A stretch of 64,000 nucleotides of DNA. Origin: the human T2T-CHM13v2.0 reference genome, Homo sapiens. Every line of letters begins with the position of its first letter. Within the stretch, counting starts at the first letter, position 1. This document shows, piece by piece, positions 63,613-64,000 of this stretch. The notes under the pieces are model-generated. The model did not search any database, had not been told where the DNA came from, and saw only the letters and a program-made list of their open reading frames with translations. A program made the position numbers and the translations under genes. Where the stretch lies: assembly GCF_009914755.1 (NCBI RefSeq), contig NC_060933.1. One strand, written 5' to 3'.

Positions 63613-64000
63613 CTAATGGAAGCTCCTTCCAGATGAAGGAGAAAAAGCATATGAACAAGTGAAAGGTGTTAAAAACTACATGTGCCCTTGCATAGGATCT
63701 GATTTCATTTTTTAGTGCAAAAGTAAGACTGTAGACATTACTTCATTCTGGGCAAAATGCTACTCTCTGGCCTGCCCAATAGACTAGCTCTCTGACATTC
63801 TCTTTCTTTTGACTTTGTGTGGGAAATTCCAGGAAAAAGCCAAGATCTGAGAGTCCAGACCCTCCTGTGTGCAACTGAAAGCCAACTTTTCAAATGAGCA
63901 GTACTATTTAGACTGCTCCCATAGTATGCAACCAGGAATTACGTATGAGGAAATGGTAAATTAAGAGGCATTTAGGAATGGTTATGATTAAGTATTTTCC

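Overview
Primate (human-like) genomic DNA containing the 5' part of AOPEP (C9orf3, aminopeptidase O, M1 family) on the + strand. Visible parts are a CpG-island promoter (~7850-8420), a short non-coding exon 1 ending at 8065, a ~33 kb intron 1, a 932-nt exon 2 (40980-41911, ATG at 41115) and a 167-nt exon 3 (54342-54508); the gene continues past the window. The rest is repeat-rich: 42 Alu copies, L1/L2/MIR fragments, LTRs and DNA-transposon MITEs, including a piggyBac-derived MER85. All other ORFs in the track look like repeat-derived or chance ORFs, and I find no second gene or multi-gene system. The most unusual signals are (1) three ~80-bp segments copied from 0.7-2.3 kb away, plus several fold-back scars, which resemble templated-insertion repair of different ages; (2) a TSD-flanked retrocopy of an LTR poly(A) end whose tail is now a 40-triplet GAA/GAG tract on the sense strand of intron 1; (3) a poly(A)-only insertion; (4) repeated reuse of single retrotransposon target sites; and (5) a possible protein-coding circle from exon 2. 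Repeat subfamily names come from my recall of consensus sequences, and boundaries are approximate unless a TSD is quoted.
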